The notes under the pieces are model-generated. The model saw only the letters and a list, made by a program, of their open reading frames with translations, searched no databases and was not told the DNA's origin. Shown here piece by piece: positions 48,424-60,028 of a stretch of DNA of 64,000 bases. Position 1 is the first letter of the stretch, and the number at the start of each line of letters is the position of its first letter. The stretch is from Halocafeteria seosinensis. Its lineage: Eukaryota. The translations under genes and the position numbers were made by a program. The stretch lies in contig LVLI01000218.1 of the NCBI GenBank assembly GCA_001687465.1, positions 1-64,000 of the forward strand, in the 5' to 3' direction.

Positions 48424-49493
48424 ATGCTCTGTCGAGGACTAATTGGATTTGGGATAAGCGGCGTGACGGCCTTCATCGCGAACTGGAACCAGGCTCTGCA
48501 GCCCACCGCTGCCCTAGCTGCGGTCGTGCTCGGGACTGTATCGATGCGTACGTAGTTTGCTGCCTTTTCCCACATTCTAACCCGCTGGTATAGTGGGAAC
48601 AGTGTATTCAACATTGACCGCTTCTGTTTCCCCCCTATATGCCTGTATCTGCAGTGGCTGATGTTCGCTTTGGTATGATGCTGTTAACGTTCTTTTTCTG
48701 CGGCACAGCTGCCACGAAATACGCCGATAGCCGCCTAGGCCGGGTTAGAAAGACGTCTAGGAGCATTTCGCAAGTACTTTGCACTGGACTGGTGCCGACG
48801 ATTTTGGCTGCCTTGTTTCTTGTGAGGCGGTTAAAGGACACGGGCCCGGATCCTTGGGAAGTGGATTTTGAGAACGACTTCTACCGCTCAGCACTGGCCA
48901 TGGCAGCACTAGGGTACGATATTCATCATGAAGCCTGCTCATTTTCCCATTTTTTATGTATCTTTCATTCATGTTTGCTCAGGTATTATGCGTGTGATTT
49001 AGGGGATACTTTATCTAGCGAACTTGGCCAGTTTTCAATAATTCCGCCAGTGTTGGTAACGAGACCATGGAAGCCTGTGCCACGAGGAACTAACGGAGGA
49101 ATTTCATTGCGAGGAAGTGTTTTCGCACTTGTTGGAGGATTGGTGATTGGGTGGGCATTCTGTATAGCTGACCTTATAGCGAAATTGTCGTATAGCACGT
49201 GGCACCAGATTGACTGGCCGGAAACTGTGGCAGCTGCTTCGATACTTATCACATTTTGTAAAGTAGCAGTCTTCTCTGGGATCTTCGGATCCTTCGTTGA
49301 CAGTCTTCTAGGTGCAACACTTCAGGCAACATGGACGAACATGGTAACAATGGAGGTAGTAGACAAGGAAGAAGATAATGCAAAGCGGATCTCGGGATCC
49401 GATGTGCTTAGCAACGAAGCTGTCAATTTCGTCTCTTGTTCCATCACTATGTTCGTTTCTGTTTGGTTGGCCTCCCGCGAACTAACTGGGTAA
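48424..49493 (+). CDS. TMEM19: DUF92/TMEM19 family membrane protein, 3 exons
   Basis: Motifs RSISQVLCTG, YYACDLGDTLSSELG, PVPRGTNGGISLRG, GSFVDSLLGATLQ, LSNEAVNF. The start codon is tentative. Confidence 0.85.
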
Positions 49494-50056
49494 CGTGTAG
49501 CGATACTCTGATTCACTAACTTAATAAACATCGAAGATCGTTGATTGTATCAGTTTTGGTTTTCTTAGTGATCAGAGTAGCTTAAAGATTCTTGAAATGT
49601 AACAAGTATGTAGGCGGGGATGAACCTTGTCTTCACAGGGTTTCGGTTCATTGTGATCACTCTTCATCTCACATTAAAAACCGTAGAAAGGATCATATTT
49701 CTTAGTCGGAAAGGGGGCCCGTGGGTGTTACTTGGAGAGGACATCTGATGGAGACCGTCGGAAGATGGTGTGTAAATTCTTATACACGCTGACGTTCCGC
49801 AGTTTTTTGGCGAGTAACTCATCGCTCAGAGACAACGCATAAAGCGGCATTCTAAATAATAACGACTACATCAAGTCACGACCAAAATGTGGGTCCGGGT
49901 GCTGCTCTCGTTCTGTAGAACAGAAACCGGTTTGGCTTCCTCGCAGGTTGTGAACGTGATGCGGTGTGGAATCTACCACGGTGGCACAGTGCTATGGGTA
50001 TGAATCTACGCCGCATTGTCAAGTACTGCCTCCTTGTTTTTGGTGTGCCGTTTCCT

Positions 50057-51726
50057 ATGTACCTCGCGTTAAGGGTCGTCTTGCTCAGTGTTGTCATCGC
50101 CCAACTGTGTGGAACTGTGGGGGTGATTTCTAGTTATCCAGAAGAGGTACGTGGTTTTGCTTGATACAAGCGTGCACTCTACTGTTCGCTGCGGGTGGCC
50201 AATGAACTATCAAGTCGTGGCTTTCGTCATATCATTGGGTATCGTGGATACAGAGTGAGATAGACTCCTCAGGACCGAGCTTCACATCTAGCTCCTCTAC
50301 AAAAAGGATGAAAGCTATTGTGGCAGAAGAAGGGAAGTGTAAACTGGTAGAGCGAGAGACACCCCGACCTCAAGATGGAGAGGTGAGCCTGCACTTCACT
50401 GTGCTTCTGAAGGTGGCAAAATGGCGGGTATCTTACGGGGTTCGCGCAGGTGCTGGTACGAGTGCACTACACAGGCATTAACAGGCTCGACACTATACAG
50501 CGAAAGTGAGTATTAGACATATCATTTTCAGCATACATAAATCCTTTCGAGTCATTTTCATGCTGTCACAGGGGAGTGATGCCGCCTCCAGCTGGAGTAA
50601 CAGACGTTCTTGGACTGGAAATGTCCGGGGAGGTATGAAGAAATGGATATCCGCAACTCGACTGTTCATCAGTACTCTCCTGCTTCCAGGTTGTTGATCA
50701 AGGATCTGGTTGTAAGAAGCAATGGAATGCTGGGCAGCGAGTAATGGGACTTCTAAGTGGAGGGGGCTACGCGGAATTCGTTGCCGTTCCCGAAGGCTTG
50801 TTGATTCCTCTTCCTGACCAGTTATCATTCGAGCATAGTGCTGCTATTCCGGGTATGAAACTGCGCTTACGTATGTTCACTTTTCTAGAATTCATATGGC
50901 TACTGTTTCCTTCCTTACAGAGAACTGGCTGACCGCTTATCAGCTTTTGCATTTTATTGCTGGTGTCAAATCGTCTGACCGCGTTTTGGTTCATGCGGCA
51001 GGCAGTGGTGTAGGTACAGCAGCAATTCAGCTCATAAACCATGTCGGTGCGGAAGCGTATGCTGTGGCATCCACGACAGAAAAGCTTGACAGGGCAAAGC
51101 GGTATGTGTCATGGTGGAAGCCGGTCTACATTATGACTCCTTAGTATTTTTCCTTTGGTTTCAGTCTTGGAGCAAAGGCCGGGTTTAACTACAAGATGGA
51201 GAACTGGAGCGAAGAACTCTTGACAGTTGTTCCGCAAGGAGTAACAGTAGTTCTAGATTGTATCGGTAAGAGTGGCGCATTTCCGTGTTTTGTATCGTTT
51301 TCATTTCTGGATGTGCTGAAACCTCAGGAGCTTCTTTTTGGCAAAATAATTCTGATGTGATCGCCCAGGATGGACGCTGGGTGCTCTACGGGCTCTTAGG
51401 TGAGTTGCTGCTAGTTCCGGTGTTAGTCAATTTTAAAATTACGTATCGTAACTAAGCCAGGCGGACCAAATATTGACGGGCCCCTTTTTGGAAAACTCCT
51501 GAGAAAGCGCGTACAGTTGACAGCCACGACAATGAGAACCCGTCCTTTGGAATACAAAAGCCGACTGGTGGCTGCGTTCGTCGACAATGCCCTTCCAGGA
51601 TTCGTCGACAACCAATTGGTACCTGTGATAGACAAACAGTTTGCACTGGATCAAGCCCAAGATGCTCATGACTACATGGAGAGCAACCAAAATATTGGGA
51701 AAATTTTACTGAAAGTATTAAATTGA
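50057..51726 (+). CDS. NAD(P)H:quinone oxidoreductase, PIG3/TP53I3 type (MDR family). Catalytic part starts at ATG 50308; candidate upstream exon from 50057
   Basis: Spliced motifs GINRLDTIQRKG..PPPAGVTDVLGLEMSG, MGLLSGGGYAE, PENWLTAYQLL, VLVHAAGSGVGTAAIQL, AHDYMESNQNIGKILL. The short canonical introns all keep the frame. Confidence 0.9.
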
Positions 51727-51874
51727 CGAGCGTTTACTCCTCTTTGTGGCCCAGCTTGTGAAGTTGGTGATCTGAGCCCTTACGGGTGGTATACCTACAT
51801 AAGATGCTCCCAACTCGATCCATTTGATTCAATACATACAAGATCTAGACTTTATTGAACCCTCATCCGTAGAT

Positions 51875-53213
51875 ATGACACAGTTGCTGCAGTATGGGAG
51901 AAACCTGCTCGGTCAAAGTAGACCAGTAATCCACGGCTTCGCCGCCAAGGTCCCACGGAGCTGCACCAGGTATTATAGCAGTTCCAGTCCGGCGGTATTC
52001 GATAGAGGTACGGTGTACTTTGAGATATTGTTTGTATATTGACGAAAATGCGGCGATTCGCTTGTATTGGGTTTGAGGCGGGTCCAGTCAAGAAACGGAA
52101 ACAAAGGAATGCAGCAGCACGATTAGCAGATTCCAGCGACTATGATTACCTACGGGATGAGATGATGTCACGACTCGTCGATAGACTCCTGGTACGTGGG
52201 TTTAGACTTTTGATGTCTTGTAATACTTTCTCTTGGAGAGATGACGTGGGGTTGTGGTTGCTGCAGGACGTCACAAAAGAGTTCCCGACAGCTTTGGAAT
52301 TAGGATCAGCGGGAGGAAATATCCTTAAGCATTTAGCTGGTCATGGAGAAATTAAACGTCTATATATGGCTGACATGTCGGAAGAAATGCTTCATCGAGA
52401 TATGCAAGAATGGGAAACTCGCAATGAGGAAGGAGGTACGTGTGCTGCTGGTTGCAACAAGAGCAGGTCTATTCAATCCACTGTGCCACCGCTACAGTCG
52501 AATTAGTGCCTGTTGTGCTCGATGAAGAATATCTTCCCTTTCAAGAAAACTCGCTAGACATGGTTATTTCAAACATGTATTTGCACTGGGTTAACGATAT
52601 CAGTGGCACATTGAAACAAATCCGAAAGGCTCTCAAGCCCGATGGGGTGCTACTGGCTTCATTCATGGGTGGGGAGACAGTTCCCGAATTACAAACCGCG
52701 TTTGCAGCTGCTGACTTAGAACGGAATGGAGGGTTTACCCCGCATGTATCACCAATGATGCATGTTGCGGATGCGGGCAATCTTTTGCAATCCGCTGGAT
52801 TCACCATCCCGACCGTCGACACTGACACGTTTAGCATCGGTTATCCCCATGCACTAGCGGCCATGAAGCATCTTCAGAATATGGGGGAAAATAACGCTGC
52901 TCTCCATGCAAGTAACGGAGCCCACCCAGATACGCTACTTGCTTCCGCTGCAGCATACCAGTACATGCACGGAACTAACAGGGATCATTTGAAAACAGTT
53001 TATAAATCATTAATGATGGAAGATATTACGGAAACAGAAGCAATAGAACGAATTGCTGCGGAAGATTCCTGGGAAGTCCCACTCTCTTTCCAGGCTATCT
53101 TCATGATTGGGTGGTCACCGCACCCCTCTCAGCCTGAACCGCTTCCACGGGGTTCCGCCGAATACAGTTTTAAAGACATTGGTTCCGTTTCTAGCAGCAA
53201 AGACGATCGATGA
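51875..53213 (+). CDS. NDUFAF5: Mitochondrial complex I assembly factor NDUFAF5, 4 exons
   Basis: Motifs VFDR..KRKQRNAA, DYLRDEMMSRLVDRL, DEEYLPF..SLDMVIS..LHWVND, RNGGFTPHVSP, LQNMGENNA, IFMIGWSPHPSQPEPLPRGSA. Confidence 0.95.
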
Positions 53214-53826
53214 TACTTTCATGGCGCTAAACATGCTTACTCTATTGCGTAAGAGATAACAGCAATGTGGTACGGCTGTGTACAACGTACGGACGCTGCG
53301 GTAGCGGATGCAGGTGAGAATGAGAGTATATATCAGTCAAGATACGGACGCAAATTTTGTTTTGAATGCCTACGTTCCGGTCTAGTTGTCCAAGTAGAAC
53401 CACCCTCACATTGTTGAGAAGGGATGTCTCCACTGGACTCCAAAGCAATGTATACTTCCCAAACATGGAAGCGATCAAGGCCTTGACATCCTGTTGACGC
53501 TATACTTTGAGGACTGGAGAATTCACTCAGTTTCGTGATTGAACCATGCTTCTTAATGTCTCTGCTGTAATAAAGGAGTGCGTAATCAGACTGAATGCAT
53601 GTTGTGGTTAACATTTGTGAAGCAGCTATGGCTCTTCAACTCCATGTCCACGGTAATACCACACACACATCCCTGCTCCAAAGCCAACAATTGACACATA
53701 CACAAAAATTCAATAAGCATTGTGGTTCAAAATTGATCTAACCTAGTGCCATCATTTTGGCGCTGTGTACAGCCAGGAGAGGCTCCCCATCCTTAGGAGG
53801 CACCATATCCCGTACAAGTCGGTAAT

Positions 53827-55774
53827 ATGAGCTCCCATGACAGCTCTGAGCCTAGTTCCACAACAAACAATGGTCGTAGTGGAGGATGCGTGCGCCAGCA
53901 TTCGTCTCACGCGATACCAACCGCCCCTTCCACTGGCGGCAGAAATTCACGCACTCGTCCTGGGAAAGGGAAGCATTGTCAGGAAGGACTAAGTTTATTC
54001 AGTCTCGTATTTTGCGTTAGCATATGGATTCAAGGAATTCTTGTTGGATTAATGAAGAGCAGTAGGTGTAAACTAATTTGGTACTAACTACTGTTATGGT
54101 GTCTTAATCTATGCGCTTGCTTGAGTGCTGGCAGGTTCCTCCGTTCCCAAGTTTATGCTTGCGTTCCTGGTGCCAATCGCCACAGCAGGGATAGGATGGA
54201 AATCGCCCATTGCCCGGAGGGTTGCTGCTTCATTGCTATATTTTTTCTGGACATTGTTCGCCATGTGCCTTGCGAACTCCATAGCGTGGTTTAGGTATGG
54301 TAACAGACTCTACGACGTAGCCCCATCGACAGCTATATCTTGTGTGCTCCGCAGAAACCCAAAGTTCGCGTTCAGTCTACCCGACGTTATGCACGAATTT
54401 GTAGCTCCTGTGGAATATATTTATGTCCCCATGTTTGGGCTCCGCAGCAAGACTGGCATGGCAGAGGAAGGGTCACGTCTTGATGTCACGATCGCGCAGA
54501 TTGACGCCGGGAGTGTGATCGACGCCATTCTGGGTATTTTAAGTGTGAGCACTCTTATTTTTGTCTTTAGTAGGCCGTACCGTTGGCTTATTTTACGACG
54601 CTTCCTGGTTATTTATGGCTCGCTTGCCTTGCTACGGGCGTTTACTGTCTTCGCTACTCAGTTACCAGATTCTGCTGCCAAGTGTAGGGCAATTACTCCT
54701 TCAGCCAAATCCTTCGATTCGATCGACTACTACTCGGTCGTGGAAAGAGCAATGGATCTCGTAATACCGATTGAACCGCAAACCTGTGGAGACATGATAT
54801 TCAGTGGCCATACAATGATGATGATGCTTCACGGACTCACATGGCACACATACTACAAAGTTGTCCCGGGTACCCTAGTGATCAATCGCGTAAAATTAAT
54901 GGTTTGGCTGCTCATTCTTACCGGAATGGTTCTTATTGTGTTGTCTAGAATGCATTATACTCTTGATGTACTCCTTGCCGCATACTTAGCACTGACGGTT
55001 TGGAACGCCTACCATCGATGTGCGGATGATGTTATCATCGGCCACAGGTTTCACAGTGTTTGGTTGCTAGATGGCTTACTGATATATCCATGCATACAAT
55101 GGCTTGAAGCCCCACACCTGGGGGAAGCCCGTAAGGGCATGATGCAACATCTGACGGATATACAGGCCCATATCCAACGTCGTCACCCGGCTGCTCTTCG
55201 CACATCTACCTCGAGGGTGCCCTATATGACCACTGCCGGCCATTTCTTTGCAAAATTTCGCCTTGTTGTGGATTTCAGAGCCCTTGTAGAAGTGTTCCAC
55301 CCCCAAACCTTGGTCGCTAATCTCATGCAATTTGTATCAGGATCGCTGAGATTGGATGGATCCCCTGAGAATTCGGATAGCGTCCCGGCTGGAAAGGTGT
55401 ATCGAAGTAGCGAAGAGTCCATGTCGAAACCATGGCAAAATGGAGACCCCAAAAGCCTGCATCAGGCATATGCTTCGGGAGGAGACAACGAAAACCTCGA
55501 TTCACGTTCCCGGACGTATACGGATATGTCAGCTTACAGCGATGAAAGCTCCATTTACCGAACACTAGGAACAGAAGGCACGTTGCGTGTAAGGGCTACG
55601 CTTGGTGCGTCCGGTGCTGACTCCACGCCGCATGTCCTTAGCAGGAATACTCTCAAAGGAAGTTTCCGTCGAGTTTCTCCTAATGGCTGGTGGAACCCCA
55701 CCTTATTTTTTGTCTCCCAGTTGCTGCAAGACCTAAATTACAGAACCACTCCAAAAGTTGCACAATCAACGTGA
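53827..55774 (+). CDS. Sphingomyelin synthase / IPC-synthase family protein (PAP2-like)
   Basis: SMS motifs LPD, RAFTVFATQLP, TCGDMIFSGH and RMHYTLDV, with about six TM segments. Intron ~54062-54134. The 3' end may include a further intron (55662-55720). Confidence 0.88.
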
Positions 55775-57034
55775 CGAAAGATTATGAATCAGCTCCTTGA
55801 TCTCCTCGTCGAGCTTCGCTTTCCTTTGTAACAGCGCCTCGTGTTGTTGCATCTCGGTCATCAACTCGTTATTGAGTCCGTTCTGTATTTGGCGAAGCAA
55901 ACTTCTCCATTTTAATATTTCGCTTGTGTTCATTGTATGCAGTGCTTCTTCGCCGACTGCTGCTGAAGGACATTCAGACGATGCCAAGCTATGGTGCTTG
56001 AGATAGGTACGGGCCAAGTGAAGGCCTCGAAAATCTTCTGCCTCATGCTCAGCGCTCTCGAGCGCGTGGGCTGCAGCTTTCAAAAGCTGGCATTGGAAAT
56101 CGTCGATTCTTGTAGCACCTTTGATCAAAACATAGATTCTGTCATCCGTGATAATGTGGCACGGCGATATTGTCGGAAGAATGGCAGCCTTAGCGAGGAA
56201 GCTGTAGACCAGCTTTCTCTTCCATGTCCAAACAAAGTCAAAACAGGTGCTCAACGTTTGCCACTCTTCTTCCGTCACCTCTTTTTGGAGCGCTTGTGCA
56301 ATGTCGCTTGCGCTTCCATGATCCAATTCTGCTAGTATGATATTCTTGCCTTTGACGAAGCCGTGAACCTGATAAAACTTCTGTAAACGTATGCTTCGTT
56401 CCAGCGGTAAATGGACGTCCGCAGCAGAAGTCTTATGCACAAGGGGCTCCACCCTCGTTGAAGGAAGTGAAACTTCACTATCCAAGGCACATCCCGTTGA
56501 GTTCGTTCTTGTTTCTTTCTCCAATAGGTACTTCCTCGCGAGAAGTAGATACGTTTGATCCAAGGGGTGCTCAGAATGTAAAGTGCTTGGATCAGAGACA
56601 TGCCAATAGTATCGGTATTCGACAGTATCCTCACCTCCCTTTATAGAATCACGTCTTCCCATTTTCCAGCCAAGGGGCAACGGGGCTAATAGTGCCTCTT
56701 CAGCCAACCAGAAGAGTTCCTCGGGAATTCCCAAGTACTCGGCCATAGATTCCACTGAAGAATGGTGTGTTTCCCCTTCCATCTTAGGGGGTGGCTCCAT
56801 CGGCAGCTCATCTGTGTCGTGCTGCGTGGATGGAGGCGTACGCCCTCTGCTCTGAGACCCTGATAGGACCCATGGGGAGCTGAGGATGGGCACTTCGTCA
56901 TTTGTCTGTGTTTTTTCGAGGGATGATATCATCCGGTTTTCGCACCATTCCTCTTCAATGGAAGAGTCAGAATAAATCCCGTAGTCACTCGAGCTATCCG
57001 TGTACACTTCACTCAACGCATCCACAGTTGTCAT
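55766..57034 (-). CDS. WW-domain protein (CEP164 N-terminal-like motif) with C-terminal coiled coil
   Basis: AEYLGI...LFWLAEEALLAPLPLGWK...YYWH...EHPLDQTY matches the CEP164-type WW signature. Single 422-aa ORF. Confidence 0.75.
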   Translation of the reverse strand: MTTVDALSEVYTDSSSDYGIYSDSSIEEEWCENRMISSLEKTQTNDEVPILSSPWVLSGSQSRGRTPPSTQHDTDELPMEPPPKMEGETHHSSVESMAEYLGIPEELFWLAEEALLAPLPLGWKMGRRDSIKGGEDTVEYRYYWHVSDPSTLHSEHPLDQTYLLLARKYLLEKETRTNSTGCALDSEVSLPSTRVEPLVHKTSAADVHLPLERSIRLQKFYQVHGFVKGKNIILAELDHGSASDIAQALQKEVTEEEWQTLSTCFDFVWTWKRKLVYSFLAKAAILPTISPCHIITDDRIYVLIKGATRIDDFQCQLLKAAAHALESAEHEAEDFRGLHLARTYLKHHSLASSECPSAAVGEEALHTMNTSEILKWRSLLRQIQNGLNNELMTEMQQHEALLQRKAKLDEEIKELIHNLSSR

Positions 57035-57236
57035 TACCTTGCGCTGGTCACTAGCAAACGTGTAGAATTACAGTACTCCTTTGTGTAGTATACGGCCGGT
57101 AAATACGTTAGTTCATTTTAATTTATGCTATATTTGCACGTGTTCCTCTTCCATATGAAAAGAAATGAACAGGCGAATGGATAACAACACATCCGCTTGA
57201 AGGCATACCGGGTGCCATACCCTTTGTTCGGTCAAC

Positions 57237-58653
57237 TCATTGAGAAGGCGTCCATTGAAGGAATGTTGTTTCAGCAGGTTTACGCGGTGATACTAGTTGT
57301 TTTATGAGGAAGACGAGACCCAAACCAAGGGAGATACATCCCACTACGATGTAGGCAATCCCAAGGAAAGGGTTCTTGCCTCCAAGGAACGAAGTCTCGG
57401 AAATGACAAAACTCTTCTTCCCGTCGAACGATCGTACCGGAAAGCCTGCACGAGAGCAATATAGTCAGGAATCTACTACCAGTGCACAACGTCGCTCCAA
57501 GCAATACGTACTGCTGTTAACTTGGACATGCAAAACATCACCTTTTTTCAAAGGCGTCCGGATTCGACCGTATAACTTGCGGAAATGAGGTAAAGAGGCA
57601 ACGCGCATCCACACTATGAAATGCTCATTCTCAACCCCCTCTGACCCTATTACTAGTGGATATGTTTCGTCAAGAAACTGATACGACCCCTGAAACTGTT
57701 CCTTGTTTTCAACTTTGTTAAACTTTTCCTTCCTGCAAGAAAGAGCCATAGCAACGGTATCTGCAAGTCCAAAAATATAGGACGGTATTGCGTACTTGTC
57801 AGACTCCCAAGCGATGTTATCCTCATCAATATCGACGGAGTCTCCACTAGTACTGTTGGTGATTTCAAACGTGTCTGCAACCAGTGGAACTTGCAGCAAC
57901 AAGGAGAACGTAGAGACCAGGAAGGTAATCATACCATTGAAGAAGCTATTCGCAATCAAACCACACGGCCACAATATTCTTCCGTCTTGCGATTTGACGA
58001 GAGGATCACAATCGCCAAACGAGCCCGCACTGGGGTTCTTGCTAGGATTTCCACTTGCCAGTTGCCCATCATCTCGCGATTTCACATAACGGCGGTGATT
58101 CTGGTAGAAATTCTCCAGCTCATAGTAGACGTAGATTGGAGGCTCCATATCTTCAGAGATTTCTATGGGTAAATTACAAGTATTCGTTACATTGTTAGCA
58201 ACGTCGTCGGGGGCTTCACATTTTAACTGTCTATCGGCACCAACGCCGTCGTATTGCACCTTTGTCTCAACCACCTGTAAAACAACCACAAAAGTACCGC
58301 CTCGGACGTTTGGTTCAATACGAAAGCAAGCACATACGGAATCCGACGCTCGTTTAAGCACGACGCCGACCGGGATGAAAACAATCCCAATGATAAAGAA
58401 CGCGGCTACAATCCACCGTGGTGTTAAGATAGGTTGCCATGCTTTCAGTCTCTGTTGTAAAAAGTCGGATCCTGCAAAACCACATAGACAGACGGTACTA
58501 CCTCTTGCTCGAAATCACCCCGCAACAACAATAACAACAGTTTCTTTGGGGAAAGGACCCTTCCCTGTATAGTGTATCACAGAAGAGCGCCTTACCTTTC
58601 GGTCTGTTGCTTTTCGCACCGGCAGCCGGTGCTCCCGCGGGTCCTTCCGGCAT
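57237..58653 (-). CDS. CDC50: CDC50/LEM3/ALIS P4-ATPase flippase beta subunit, 6 exons
   Basis: Motifs [83 protein letters not shown]. Stop TGA at 57237. Confidence 0.95.
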
Positions 58654-59125
58654 CTCACCCCTAGCAATAACTATAAATGGTCTCTGTTATGTTGGCAACT
58701 GTCTGTATGAAGTCTATGTGCGTCGACACGCTGTTAAAACTGAGCAAAGACGACGTGTAGAGTGTATCTCTCGGGGCTTCTTATCTTATCTGTTTCTTAA
58801 ACAAGCATACATCCTCCCAGAAGTGGTGTATACACAGACATGTATCACAAGCGCATGCACATGTGATAATGCTATCAACCCAGCCACCGTGTGTTCCTTC
58901 GGAGAGAGGGATGTTGCTCCTCAACCGCAATCAAGTTCAACTGGAACTGGGGCTCGGTTGAAGGGGGAGCAAAGGGCAAGCAAAAAAGGTCGTTTCCAGT
59001 ACCACCACCACCACGGGGAGCCTGGCCCTATCTTCACAGAAGTACGATGGTTTTCAGGAGTGAAGAATTGTTGTAGGCAGCTGAGACTGGTAATTCAGTG
59101 ATACTGGGTCGGATATCGTTCAACC

Positions 59126-59956
59126 ATGGAGAGGATACTAGAATTTCCCTACAGAGAAAGCCTGCAAAAGGCTGTGGAATCGACAGTCTTTTACTGTCAA
59201 CAAGCCTCTCCTCTCCCAGAAATCGCCCTGGGAGGAATGGTGATAGGACTCGTTTCCATTGCTATTGTGCAGACATACTCCAGCCAGCCGTGGGTCGAAT
59301 GGTGGAGAACGGACTTGGATGAAGCTCAAGAGGAGATGGAAAAGAACCTGAGTTCGCGGAAAAAACACGACGTGAGCAGTGTGGACGATAAGAGAGACCC
59401 GGAAACAGCAGAATCCATAGACAGTCATGCAGCAAAGGCTCCTTCGAAAGGAACTGCTCATCGTCGGAAAGGAGATGGTGACCATGGAGGTTTGGAGGCA
59501 ACGACTGAGGAAGAACAAACTACTGTAGACACTGCATCATCAGTAAATGAATTAACAGAGCATGAACGGCAGGAATTGGGGATCAGTAAGAAGGAAGAAG
59601 AAAGACTCAGGGAGTACATGAAGCTGACCGTTAATAACCCGGAAGATGCAAAGAAGGAGGTTGCCAAAACTCTCCGATCCATCATTGAACATGTAAAATC
59701 GGGGCGCAGCATGGAGGATCTACTCGACGTGCCTCTACACCAGCGGATTTTACGTTTTCTTGGTCGGCGAATAGATCTAATCGTGATTTGCTCGTTCATT
59801 ATCACTGCCCTGGTGGTGCTCTTCGTCAATGACCCCGATACTCTAAGCAAGGTCATTCGTTACATGTTTCCGAAGGAATCGACCGCTATACTCGAGACAA
59901 TCCGACGGTTCAGAGAAGATGCAATGAATGCTCTTGATAGCAAAGTTGAGCTCTAG
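59126..59956 (+). CDS. Hypothetical membrane protein (276 aa, two hydrophobic segments)
   Basis: Single ATG-to-TAG ORF filling the gap between two genes. Hydrophobic stretches IALGGMVIGLVSIAIV and LIVICSFIITALVVLFV flank a charged linker. No family recognised. Confidence 0.7.
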   Translation: MERILEFPYRESLQKAVESTVFYCQQASPLPEIALGGMVIGLVSIAIVQTYSSQPWVEWWRTDLDEAQEEMEKNLSSRKKHDVSSVDDKRDPETAESIDSHAAKAPSKGTAHRRKGDGDHGGLEATTEEEQTTVDTASSVNELTEHERQELGISKKEEERLREYMKLTVNNPEDAKKEVAKTLRSIIEHVKSGRSMEDLLDVPLHQRILRFLGRRIDLIVICSFIITALVVLFVNDPDTLSKVIRYMFPKESTAILETIRRFREDAMNALDSKVEL

Positions 59957-60028
59957 AGCACACTTATCTTTCATAAAGTATGAGCTATCCAGAAGGCTGT
60001 ATGAGAACTGCTGCGTACTGCAGAAGAA

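Noticed and set aside
53242..53614. Short minus-strand ORFs between NDUFAF5 and the SMS-family gene
   Set aside because: They have non-ATG starts, no motifs and no coherent splice pattern.
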